This document shows, piece by piece, positions 55,674 to 64,000 of a DNA stretch of 64,000 nucleotides. The stretch is from Longimicrobiales bacterium (GTDB lineage: Bacteria > Gemmatimonadota > Gemmatimonadetes > Longimicrobiales > Gaopeijiaceae), in contig CBDAON010000004.1 of the NCBI GenBank assembly GCA_965198065.1, positions 2,112,001-2,176,000 of the forward strand, read 5' to 3'. The translations under genes and the position numbers were made by a program. The notes beneath the pieces were generated by a model that saw only the letters and a program-made list of their open reading frames with translations, had not been told where the DNA came from and searched no databases. Each line of letters opens with the position of its first letter. Position 1 is the stretch's first letter.

Positions 55674-57791
55674 TCACTCCCGGCCTTCGGGCATGAGCTC
55701 CGAAAGCTCGCGCCCGAGCGCTTCCGGATCCGTCACGGGAGCGCGGCACGCGAAGTCGGTGCATACGAACGCCGTCGCGGCGCCGTCCAGCATTGCTCGT
55801 CCCTCGACCAGGGGATTCGACGCGCCCGGGCCCTCCCCGTCCAGGACGCCCGTGATCACCGCTCCCGGGAAGAAGCGGCGGTGGGTTTCGCACAGAAGCG
55901 CCCGGGTCTGAGGATCCCCGCGCCTTCCGAAGATCGCCACCTCGAGCGGTGGGTAGGCGAGGCGCAGCGCGACCGTGAGGAGCCTCCCGAAGCCCGACGG
56001 CATTTGCTCGATACCGCCCACCTCCCGACCCACGATTTCCCGCGCGGCCCGAACCCGCACGTCGTCGCCAAGCAGCCGACCGAGCCGGAGCTTGAGCTCC
56101 GCGGCCTGCGAGGTTCCGGAGGGTAGGGGCATGTCCATGATCTCGCGCGGCCGTATCACGAGGGGATCGCTGTCCGCGGGCGTGTCGTAGAGGAGACCGG
56201 TCGCCTCGTCACGAAAGCGAGCCTCGACCTCGGCGTCCAGCTCGAGCGCACCATCCAGCCAGCGGGGCTCGAGGGTCGCCTCGTGCACACTGAGCAGAGC
56301 ATTTCCGAGGGCCGCGATGTCGTCCAGGAAGGCGGGAATCCGTGAGCCGGCCGCCGCGGCTGCGTCCGACTCGTCGGGAAGGAGGGGGGGCACCTGATGG
56401 AGGAGCCGTCCCTCGGGGCACAGGGCCCCGAGAAGCCATTCGGCGGCATCCGTCGCGGCGCGGACGTAACGAGGCTCGTCCAACGCGGCCCCCGTTTCGG
56501 CAAGCGATCGGATGGCCAGGCCGTTCCACCCCGCCAGGAGCTTCTCGTCCCAGGCCGGTGGCACCCGGCGTGAACGAGCGTCCTTCAGCCGCGCTCGGGC
56601 GGCCGCGAGAGCCCGATCGAGCTCCGCAGGGCTCACGCCTTCGTCCCGCGCGACGGCATCGAGGTCGTGAGGCAGGTGTAGGATGTTCCGCCCCTCGAAG
56701 TTCCCTGCCTTGGAGACGTCGTAGCACCTTTGGAAGAGACGACTCTCCTCGGCTCCGAGCGCGGCGTCCACCTCCTCGGGTGCCCATAGGTAAAAGCGCC
56801 CCTCCTCTCCCTCCGAATCCGCGTCCAGCGCGGCGAAGAACGCACCTTCGGGGCCGCGGAAGTTCTCCAGGAGATCCTCCACGACGGCTCTGCAGATCGC
56901 CAGGAGGTCGAGGTCGCCGCTCAGCTGGAAGCCCCGAAGGTAGGTTCCGGCGAGGAGCGCGTTGTCGTAGAGCATCTTCTCGAAGTGGGGAACGAGCCAC
57001 TGCCGGTCCACCGAGTACCGATGGAACCCGCCGGCCAGGTGGTCGCGGATCCCGCCCCGCCCCATCCGCCGAAGCGTGTGCACGACCGCGTCGAGGGCCC
57101 GCTTCTGGCCCGAGAACGCGAAGACCGCGAGAAGAAAGTCCAGGAGAACTGGCTGGGGGAACTTCGGCGCCTGACCAAACCCCCCGAACGTCGGGTCGAA
57201 CCGTTCCAGGAGCTCTTCCTCCGCCTTCGACACGAGGGAGATGTCCACCCGATCCGGCGCCGGCTCCGTCGGCTCGCCGTCCGGCCCGAGCGTGGACCTT
57301 CGAAGAAGGCTCGCGATCTTCTCCGCGGCGTCCGCGACCTGGCCCCGTTGTTGGTCCCACGCCGCGCGGGTGGCCGACAGGACCTGGCGAAACGAAGGCA
57401 TCCCGTGGCGCGGCTCGGGGGGGAAGTACGTCCCGCCGTAGTAGGGACGGGCGTCCGGAGTCAGGAACACCGTCAGCGGCCAGCCTCCCCGGCCGGTCAA
57501 CGCCTGAACGGCCCTCATGTAGATCCCGTCCACGTCCGGGCGCTCCTCCCGGTCGACCTTCACACACACGAAGGCCTCGTTCATGACCGCGGCGGTGTCC
57601 GGATCCTCGAACGACTCGCGCTCCATGACGTGGCACCAGTGGCAGGCGGAATACCCGATGGAGAGGAGGATCGGACGCTCCTCCTCCCGTGCGCGCTCGA
57701 GGGCCTCGGGACCCCAGCGGTACCAGTCTACCGGGTTGTCGGCGTGTTGCCGGAGATAGAGGCTCTGCTCTCGGGCCAGTCGGTTGGCCAT
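55674..57791 (-). CDS. Thioredoxin-domain protein, YyaL/SSP411 family
   Basis: [56 protein letters not shown]. Confidence 0.92.
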   Translation of the reverse strand: MANRLAREQSLYLRQHADNPVDWYRWGPEALERAREEERPILLSIGYSACHWCHVMERESFEDPDTAAVMNEAFVCVKVDREERPDVDGIYMRAVQALTGRGGWPLTVFLTPDARPYYGGTYFPPEPRHGMPSFRQVLSATRAAWDQQRGQVADAAEKIASLLRRSTLGPDGEPTEPAPDRVDISLVSKAEEELLERFDPTFGGFGQAPKFPQPVLLDFLLAVFAFSGQKRALDAVVHTLRRMGRGGIRDHLAGGFHRYSVDRQWLVPHFEKMLYDNALLAGTYLRGFQLSGDLDLLAICRAVVEDLLENFRGPEGAFFAALDADSEGEEGRFYLWAPEEVDAALGAEESRLFQRCYDVSKAGNFEGRNILHLPHDLDAVARDEGVSPAELDRALAAARARLKDARSRRVPPAWDEKLLAGWNGLAIRSLAETGAALDEPRYVRAATDAAEWLLGALCPEGRLLHQVPPLLPDESDAAAAAGSRIPAFLDDIAALGNALLSVHEATLEPRWLDGALELDAEVEARFRDEATGLLYDTPADSDPLVIRPREIMDMPLPSGTSQAAELKLRLGRLLGDDVRVRAAREIVGREVGGIEQMPSGFGRLLTVALRLAYPPLEVAIFGRRGDPQTRALLCETHRRFFPGAVITGVLDGEGPGASNPLVEGRAMLDGAATAFVCTDFACRAPVTDPEALGRELSELMPEGRE

Positions 57792-57804
57792 GGGGGCTCG
57801 GCGG

Positions 57805-58068
57805 TCACTCGGAGGCGCCGGAGTTGGTCGACCCACCCTTCGGCTCGGGTCCACCGGCGGGGTTCGCGGGGGCGAGGGCCTCGAGCTCGTCCTCGGTGAA
57901 CACGGAGATGCCCGCCTCTCCGTCCAGCTGAACGCCGTAGCGGTCCCCACTCCCCTTGAGGAGATGAACCACGGTTCCCGATTTCCCCTCGACGGCCGGA
58001 TCCAACGGTAGGCGTCCCCGCTGGATCCTCACTCGTGAACCCTGCGGACGGACCTGGATCTTCACCAT
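57805..58068 (-). CDS. Small hypothetical protein (SH3-like beta pattern)
   Basis: GSRVRI...GKSGTVV...YGVQLDGE...FTEDELE; start uncertain. Confidence 0.6.
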   Translation of the reverse strand: MVKIQVRPQGSRVRIQRGRLPLDPAVEGKSGTVVHLLKGSGDRYGVQLDGEAGISVFTEDELEALAPANPAGGPEPKGGSTNSGASE

Positions 58069-58156
58069 GCGGAGAGCGCTCTCCAATCCCTGAAGTGGGC
58101 CGGGGAGCGAAGGGGAGCGTCCGTGAAGGGGGTCCCGCAGGAAGCCCGGCGGCCTG

Positions 58157-58633
58157 CTACCGCGTAGAGGCGAGATCGGGGATCTGCACCCCCTGCGCGA
58201 TCTGGTGGAGGACGAAACGGGCGACGTCCTCCGGTGACGCGGACTCCTCCCGGGCCACGATCCGTGCTATCCCGATCCGGCGGCCGTCCGCGCAGACCAG
58301 GCTCAAGAACGCGGCGGGCAGGCTCCTCGTCCCGGTGGCGGCCTGTTGCCACGGCTCCGGCTCGGAGGCGCCGTCTTCCATGGGGTCCGCTCCGTTCACC
58401 GAGATTCCTACGACCGCGACGCGAACACTTCCGCTCCCGAGGGACTCCGAGATCCCGGCCAGCTCGTCCTCGTCCACGGAAATGGTCGCGAGAAAGGAAG
58501 GTATGCCCTTCACGAGAAGCCCCAACGAGAGGGCTATCTGCCCTCCTGGCAGGTTAACGCCGTCACCCCCGCCACACCCAACCGAGTGAAGCACCGGATA
58601 TTCTGGGCTCACGAACGCGTTGAAGTCTCGCAT
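58157..58633 (-). CDS. Hypothetical protein
   Basis: 158-aa ORF with protein-like composition filling the gap; no recognisable motif. Confidence 0.6.
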   Translation of the reverse strand: MRDFNAFVSPEYPVLHSVGCGGGDGVNLPGGQIALSLGLLVKGIPSFLATISVDEDELAGISESLGSGSVRVAVVGISVNGADPMEDGASEPEPWQQAATGTRSLPAAFLSLVCADGRRIGIARIVAREESASPEDVARFVLHQIAQGVQIPDLASTR

Positions 58634-58793
58634 CAGTTCTCAAGGTCGCGCGGGTCGACCCTTCTGGCAACCGGGTGGTTCGGGCTAGATTAGCCAGTTG
58701 TGGGGCCGAGAAGAGGCGGGGCCGCGGGGGGCCAAGGGGGGGCAAGCGCTCGCGCGACCGCGGATGAGGAGTCCGCGAGAGGAGGACCCGAGG

Positions 58794-59042
58794 GTGGGGC
58801 TTCACCGCTCGATGATCCGGCTGGGCGCTCGCCGGCCGTGGCTCCTCCCGGACCTCGTCGGGCTGGCCTGGGTGGCCCGGGGAAGAGAGTGGTACCGACG
58901 ACCCCCCTTCCTCCCCCTGCCGTCCGCTCCTTACCTACGCTGGAGGATGGAGACGGCGTACGGGGAGCCCGACGCCGAGCCCCCGGCGAAGGAGGCGGCC
59001 CGGTACCTCCGCTGGGCCGCGCGCATGCGGAAGGGGCGGTGA
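58794..59042 (+). CDS. Small hypothetical protein
   Basis: WYRRPPFLPLP..YLRWRMETAYG...YLRW, protein-like; start uncertain. Confidence 0.55.
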   Translation: MGLHRSMIRLGARRPWLLPDLVGLAWVARGREWYRRPPFLPLPSAPYLRWRMETAYGEPDAEPPAKEAARYLRWAARMRKGR

Positions 59043-59055
59043 AAAGGAGCCGAGG

Positions 59056-59449
59056 ATGGGCAAGGTCCTGATCATGCTGCTCCTGGCGCTCGGGGCCGGC
59101 CTTTACTTTCCCGGCCCGCGCGAAGTCATCTGTAGGATACGCCGAGCCCCTCCTGACACCCGTGCGTCGCTGGACCACCGGTCAGGAGCTCGAGCTCGTT
59201 GCCGAGGACCTGGAGAGGGAGCAGGAGACCCGGGGAACGCTTCCGTCGGGACGGGGGGAGTTCGACCCGTGGCTGGACCGGCGGTACCGGCAGGAGCCGT
59301 CGCGGTTCGACGCGTGGGGAAGTCGCTACACGCTCCGCGTTCAGGGGGATTCCTTCTATGTCAGCTCGGCTGGACCGGACGGGGAGCTGGGGACCCCGGA
59401 CGACCTGATCGAGAGCAGGAGGCTGGCGCCCCGCGCCCGCTCTCGTTGA
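59056..59449 (+). CDS. GspG C-terminal-like (pseudopilin-domain) membrane protein; 1-nt frameshift near 59131
   Basis: MGKVLIMLLLALGAGLYFP TM segment after SD AAGGAG; removing one base joins it to GYAEPLL...DAWGSRY...SAGPDGELGTPDD. Confidence 0.68.
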
Positions 59450-59504
59450 CCACCCCGGAAACCCCGGCTCCGGGCCCTTCCCCCTCCGTGCCCGGCGTAG
59501 CTCT

Positions 59505-60830
59505 GTGTTGAGCGTAGCGCTCACGGGGAACGCCGCGTCGGGCAAGTCCGAGGTTGCCCGGGTTTGGCGTGATACGGGCGTCCCCGTCCTCTCCGCCGAC
59601 GAGCTCTCCCGGGAGGCCGTCCCACCGGGCTCGCCCGCTCTCGAGGAAATCCGCGCCGCGTTCGGCGAGGACGTGCTCCGGCCCGATGGAACGCTCGATC
59701 GGGATCGGATGCGGCGGCGCATCTTCCAGGACGCCGAGGCCCGCGGCCGGCTGGAGGCCATCCTCCATCCTCGAATTGGACGCCTCCGTGAGGAGTGGCT
59801 GGAGGCCCGGAGCGGGGAAGGGTGCGCGCTCGTCGTGACGGAGATCCCACTTCTCTACGAGGTGGGCCTCGAGGGATCCGTGGACCTAGTCGTAGTCGTG
59901 CACGCGTCCGAAGAGGAGCGCGAGCGGCGGCTCGTCAAAGACAGGCGGATGACTCCGGACGAGGCCCGTCAGATCATGGGGGCCCAGGGAGACGCCGCCG
60001 CCAAGCTGTCCCGGGCGGATTACGTGATCGGGAACGACGCCGGCCTCGAGGAGCTGGGGCGAAAGGCGACCGCCCTACTGGCCACCCTGGAAGAGCGGGC
60101 CCGGAGCGGTCGGGACCACGGCTCGGGGATTGGTCGCGAGGGGCGGTTCCGCGTGGACTTCCACGTGCACACCTGGGGCTCCTGGGACTCCCTCTCCGAT
60201 CCGGCGAGGCTCCTTGCCCGAGCGCGGGCGAAGGGGCTCCACCGGATCGCGATCACAGACCACAACGTTCTGGAAGTGGCGCTCGAATGGGCGGACCGGG
60301 AACCGGACCGGGTCATTCCCGGAGAGGAAGTGCGGACCCGGGAGGGCATCGACGTGATTGCCCTCTACCTGTCGGAGCGGATCCCAAAGGGCACTCCGGC
60401 GGAGGAGGTGTGTAACGAGGTCCACCGCCAGGGCGGGATCGTGTACCTCCCTCACCCGTACGCGAGGGGCAAGGGAGGGTCCGGCCGGCTGGCCGAGGCC
60501 CTCGCGCCCCTGGTCGATGTCGTCGAGGTGTTCAATGCGAGGCTGCGCTCCGAGGAGCGCAACCGACAGGGCCTGGATCTCGCGGAGAGGCACAGCCTCC
60601 TGCGAGGCGCCGGCTCGGACGCCCACACCCTAGGCGAAATCGGGAACGCATGGGTCGAGCTGCCCCGGCACCCGAACCGGCCGCGGGCCCTGCTCGACGC
60701 CGTCCGGCAGGGCGTGGTCGGAGGGGGCGGAGCGAGTCCCCTCGCGTTTGCCAGCTCGAACCTCGCCAAGGTTTACAAGCGGCTTCGAGGGCAGCGTTCC
60801 GGGCCCCGGCCTATTCGGAGGTCGCCTTGA
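59505..60830 (+). CDS. coaE: Dephospho-CoA kinase fused to a PHP-family phosphoesterase domain
   Basis: N-domain LTGNAASGKS, LDR..MR..IF, LEAILHP, EIPLLYE; C-domain DFHVHT, ITDHN, PGEE, PHPY, GSDAH. Confidence 0.88.
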   Translation: MLSVALTGNAASGKSEVARVWRDTGVPVLSADELSREAVPPGSPALEEIRAAFGEDVLRPDGTLDRDRMRRRIFQDAEARGRLEAILHPRIGRLREEWLEARSGEGCALVVTEIPLLYEVGLEGSVDLVVVVHASEEERERRLVKDRRMTPDEARQIMGAQGDAAAKLSRADYVIGNDAGLEELGRKATALLATLEERARSGRDHGSGIGREGRFRVDFHVHTWGSWDSLSDPARLLARARAKGLHRIAITDHNVLEVALEWADREPDRVIPGEEVRTREGIDVIALYLSERIPKGTPAEEVCNEVHRQGGIVYLPHPYARGKGGSGRLAEALAPLVDVVEVFNARLRSEERNRQGLDLAERHSLLRGAGSDAHTLGEIGNAWVELPRHPNRPRALLDAVRQGVVGGGGASPLAFASSNLAKVYKRLRGQRSGPRPIRRSP

Positions 60831-60870
60831 CCCTTCGCGCCGCGCGCGCCTACCGTTCGGCGGCCTACCC

Positions 60871-61926
60871 ATGACCTACGAGATCTCCGATTCCCGCCGG
60901 GTCGCCGTGGACGTGGCCCTCGAGGCCATGGCCAGTGCGGAGCGGGTCGTCCTCACGACCCACGTGAACGCGGACGGGGACGGTGCCGGATCCGAGGCCG
61001 CACTTCTGGCGGTGCTCCGGGACATGGGCGTGGAGGGATGGGTCGTGAACCCCACGCCGTACCCCGACCTCTACCGCTTTCTGGTGCACGACGACGCGCG
61101 CGTGCTCGAGGCATCAGGAGAGGAGGCGACCCGGCGATGCCGGGAGGCTGATCTGTGCATCGTGGTGGACACGGCGGAGAAGGCCCGCATCGGGCGTGTC
61201 AACCCGATGGTTGGGCATCTGCCCTTCCTGATCGTCGATCACCACCCCTCCGGACCGGACTCAATCGTGGGGGTCTCGCTCAGGGATCCATCGGCGGCCG
61301 CCACCGGGGAGCTCGTATTCGATCTCGTCTGGGCACGGGGTGGGCCGTGGACCGGCGAGCTCGTCGATGGGCTCTACGTGGCCGTCATGACGGACACGGG
61401 ATCGTTCCGGTTCTCGAACGCGACGCCCGGCGCCCACCGGGTCGCGGCCGAGCTGGTGCGTCGCGGGGCCTCGCCCGACGGGCTGTACCGACGGGTGTTC
61501 GGACAAATGCCCGTGCGCCGCCTGCACATGCTGGAGCGTGTGCTCGGGTCGCTCGAGGTGTCCGACGGGGGGGAGGTGGCCTGGATGACGGTTCCCGCGA
61601 ACGTGTTTCGGGAGCTCAACTGCCGGTCCGACGACCTGGAGGGGTTCGTGGACTACCCCCGAGGGGTCGAGGGCGTGGAGGTGGGGCTCCTCTTTCGCGA
61701 GATCGAAGAGGGACACGTGAAGGTGTCCCTCCGCTCGAACCAGCGGGTGGACGTGAACGCCCTGGCCCGCGAGTTCGGGGGGGGCGGTCACGTTCGGGCA
61801 GCCGGGGCTCTGGTGGCCGGCAGCGTGGAGGAAGTGCGGGAGCAGGTCGTCGGACGTGCCGCGGAGGTCGCTGCGGACAGTCGTCTCCGAGCGGCGCGAC
61901 CGGCTCCAGAAGTGGTGGAACCGTAG
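60871..61926 (+). CDS. nrnA: DHH/DHHA1 phosphoesterase (NrnA-like nanoRNase/pAp phosphatase)
   Basis: HVNADGDG, VVDT, VDHH, TDTGSF, KVSLRS, GGGGHVRAAG. Confidence 0.88.
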   Translation: MTYEISDSRRVAVDVALEAMASAERVVLTTHVNADGDGAGSEAALLAVLRDMGVEGWVVNPTPYPDLYRFLVHDDARVLEASGEEATRRCREADLCIVVDTAEKARIGRVNPMVGHLPFLIVDHHPSGPDSIVGVSLRDPSAAATGELVFDLVWARGGPWTGELVDGLYVAVMTDTGSFRFSNATPGAHRVAAELVRRGASPDGLYRRVFGQMPVRRLHMLERVLGSLEVSDGGEVAWMTVPANVFRELNCRSDDLEGFVDYPRGVEGVEVGLLFREIEEGHVKVSLRSNQRVDVNALAREFGGGGHVRAAGALVAGSVEEVREQVVGRAAEVAADSRLRAARPAPEVVEP

Positions 61927-61950
61927 CGAATGATTGGGCGTAGATCTTCT

Positions 61951-62379
61951 ATGTCCGAATCCGACATCGGCGTACCGGGCGCGCTGGGCGAGGCCGTGCG
62001 CAGGGTAGGTGAGGAGCTGGGCGTCGCCCGACTCGATCGCCTCTGGCTGTTCCCGCCCCTCGCTCGCGGGAGAACGGAGAGCGGGCTCGTCGCGGCGGGA
62101 TGTTTCCTGGAGGGGGATCGACGCCTCCTGGTTACTCTGTCGTACCGGGCGCAGGAGAGCGGGGCCGGGGTGGACTTCCACCCCCTGCTCCAGGAGGAAG
62201 GTGTGGCACCCCGAGACCGACTTCCTCGGGTGATGGAGGGGGTCGTCCAGCGATTCGACGCGGAGCTCGGCTCGGCTCGTGAGGCCGAGCTGAGCGGGGA
62301 CCCTGCCGCGTTCGAGGCCCTCGTCGAGGAGCTCGGGCGGGGTCGAGGCCCACCCTATGCAAGAGGACCCGGCGTGTGA
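61951..62379 (+). CDS. Hypothetical protein
   Basis: In-operon ORF (LDRLWLFPPL.RGRTESGL); start could be 61930. Confidence 0.65.
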   Translation: MSESDIGVPGALGEAVRRVGEELGVARLDRLWLFPPLARGRTESGLVAAGCFLEGDRRLLVTLSYRAQESGAGVDFHPLLQEEGVAPRDRLPRVMEGVVQRFDAELGSAREAELSGDPAAFEALVEELGRGRGPPYARGPGV

Positions 62380-62392
62380 TGGAGGCGTCCAC

Positions 62393-62899
62393 ATGATTCC
62401 GCCGGCCACATCCACCATCTCACCGTACGTGAGGCTCTTCGGACGCTACCTCCGGGAGCACGGCCTCCCCGTGACCCCGCAGCGCCAGACCGTGGCCGAG
62501 GTCGTGTTCTCCTCCCGGGAGCATCTCTCCGTGGACGACATCGAGCGAAAGCTGCGCGACGGGGGCGACCGCATCGGCAAGGCGACCGTCTACCGCACGC
62601 TCGACCTCCTGGTCCGCAGCAAGCTCGTGGCCGAGCACGACTTCAACGAGGGCTTCAAGCGATACGAACACCGGCTCTCCCGACAGCCCGAGCACGAACA
62701 CCTGATTTGCCAGGAGTGCGGAAGCGTGACCGAGTTCAAGAGCGAGGAGGTCCAGGCCATCCAGGACCGCATCGCCGGCCGATTCGGATTCCGTCCCACC
62801 CGTCACAAGCTCGAGATCTACGGCCTCTGCGCGTCGTGCGTGGCAAGTGGAGCCGAGGCTCCCAGCGAAGGACTCACCTGTCCGATCGAGAGCGTCTGA
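62393..62899 (+). CDS. Fur family transcriptional regulator
   Basis: TPQR, ATVYRTL, HEHLICQECG, EIYGLCASC. Confidence 0.92.
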   Translation: MIPPATSTISPYVRLFGRYLREHGLPVTPQRQTVAEVVFSSREHLSVDDIERKLRDGGDRIGKATVYRTLDLLVRSKLVAEHDFNEGFKRYEHRLSRQPEHEHLICQECGSVTEFKSEEVQAIQDRIAGRFGFRPTRHKLEIYGLCASCVASGAEAPSEGLTCPIESV

Positions 62900-62937
62900 G
62901 GTCGGCGTCCCTCCCGCCGAGGGACGACCAGACGGAG

Positions 62938-64000
62938 GTGCCCTTTCCCGAGCGGGCGATGGGTCGTGCCACGGCCTCGTCCCGGATCGAGGGAAATCGG
63001 ATCACCCTCCAGTTCGACGGGCCAGCCACATTCGATGCCTGGCTGGAGGCCATTCGGACGGCCCGTCGCTTCATACACTTCGAGAATTACATCATCCGGG
63101 ACGATCCCCAGGGCCATGCGTTTCGCGACGCCTTAGTGGAGCGAGCGCGGGCGGGGGTCGAGGTCCGGGTCCTCTACGACTGGATCGGGTGCTGGGCGAC
63201 CCCGTCGGGGTTCTGGAAGCCGCTCCGGGCGTCTGGGGTGGAAGTGCGGTCCTTCAACCCGCCCTCGATCACGGATCCGCTGGGACTCTTGCAGCGTGAT
63301 CACCGGAAACTCGTGGTGGTGGACCGCGAGGTGGCGTTCATCGGGGGCTTTTGCGTCGGACAGGAGTGGGCCGGCACCCGCGACCAGCCTCCGTGGCGGG
63401 ATACGGGGGTCGAGATCCGCGGGCCGGCGGCGGCGGCGGCCGCGATGACGTTCGAACGGGTGTGGTCCGACTGCGGCGGCCGGCTCACACCCGAGTCGCG
63501 CTCTGATCCCTCCTTGGCGGAGCGAACGGGAGACACGGTCGTCTGGCTAATCGAGGGAGTCCCCTGGCGTTCCCGGGTGTATCGCGCCACCCAGCTCATG
63601 GCCGCCGTCGCGAGGCGTCGGGTGTGGATCACGGATCCCTACTTTCTCGCCCCGCGGCCGGTTTCCGAGGCCCTCATGGCGGCCTCGCGAGATGGAGTGG
63701 ACGTTCGTGTGCTCGTGCCTGGCCACAACAACTGGCCCTGGGTCGGTAGCCTGTCGCGCGGCGGTTACCGCAGCCTCCTCGAGGCGGGCGTTCGGATTTT
63801 TGAGTGGCAGGGGCCGATGATCCACGCCAAGACCTCGGTCGTGGACAGCCGTTGGTGCCGGATCGGGTCCACAAACCTGAACGCCGCGTCCCTTCTCGGA
63901 AACTGGGAGCTGGACGTGGGTGTCCTGGACTCGAACCTCGCCGAGCAAGTGGAGGGGGTGTTCCTCGGGGACCTGGCCTCTGCGGTCGAGATCGTACTTC
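62938..64000 (+). CDS. Phospholipase D / cardiolipin synthase family protein (runs off the window)
   Basis: Manual translation: GNRITLQFDG, HFENYI, two HKD motifs HRKLVVVD and HAKTSVVD, IGSTN. Confidence 0.9.
   Translation, partial: MPFPERAMGRATASSRIEGNRITLQFDGPATFDAWLEAIRTARRFIHFENYIIRDDPQGHAFRDALVERARAGVEVRVLYDWIGCWATPSGFWKPLRASGVEVRSFNPPSITDPLGLLQRDHRKLVVVDREVAFIGGFCVGQEWAGTRDQPPWRDTGVEIRGPAAAAAAMTFERVWSDCGGRLTPESRSDPSLAERTGDTVVWLIEGVPWRSRVYRATQLMAAVARRRVWITDPYFLAPRPVSEALMAASRDGVDVRVLVPGHNNWPWVGSLSRGGYRSLLEAGVRIFEWQGPMIHAKTSVVDSRWCRIGSTNLNAASLLGNWELDVGVLDSNLAEQVEGVFLGDLASAVEIVL

Noticed and set aside
1..64000. Many long overlapping or antisense ORFs in the six-frame track (e.g. 4916-6418, 22373-24061, 28725-30422, 46597-48069)
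   Set aside because: Arg/Gly/Pro-rich shadow frames of real genes, expected at high GC; no motifs.
1..64000. CRISPR arrays, IS elements, integrases, prophage or defence genes
   Set aside because: No regularly spaced repeats or recognisable mobile/defence motifs seen; the only tandem repeats are inside coding tails.
59505..64000. coaE-nrnA-hypothetical-fur-cls as one functional pathway
   Set aside because: Beyond the CoaE-PHP/NrnA link, it looks like an ordinary mixed housekeeping operon with no evidence of shared function.

Overview
GC-rich bacterial chromosomal window; gene content and protein style suggest Gemmatimonadota/Longimicrobiales (inference, no marker search run). It is mostly core and cell-envelope genes: dapB-dapA-dapD, hsp20, suhB-family, trpS, a PilT-family ATPase, a second DapA-family aldolase, purA, the ffh-rpsP-rimM-trmD-rplS-rnhB block and tRNA-Lys(UUU). 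An accessory stretch follows (NHL lipoprotein, batABC-like, PQQ dehydrogenase, VOC, M1 peptidase, CuA lipoprotein, amidase, mtgA). Next come an aceE-type E1, divergent ilvN/ilvB, an SLC13 permease, an ECF sigma/anti-sigma/TonB-receptor/HmuY block and a DUF2723-OMP-large acidic lipoprotein block. The window ends with a fused E1 alpha-beta, YyaL, and coaE-PHP/nrnA/fur/cls. I saw no CRISPR array, integrase, transposase or rRNA. Best leads: (1) a CoaE kinase-PHP phosphoesterase fusion next to NrnA; (2) a TMEM260-like DUF2723 glycosyltransferase beside a sigma54/IHF-driven putative surface-layer lipoprotein; (3) a structured, GGA-rich ~330-nt candidate ncRNA downstream of ilvB; (4) a promoter-hairpin-terminator leader on purA; (5) a recurrent leaderless TANNNT-N5-7-start architecture. 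Several single-base frameshifts and in-frame deletions (including in essential ffh) point to assembly errors, so every lesion and fusion needs read-level confirmation.
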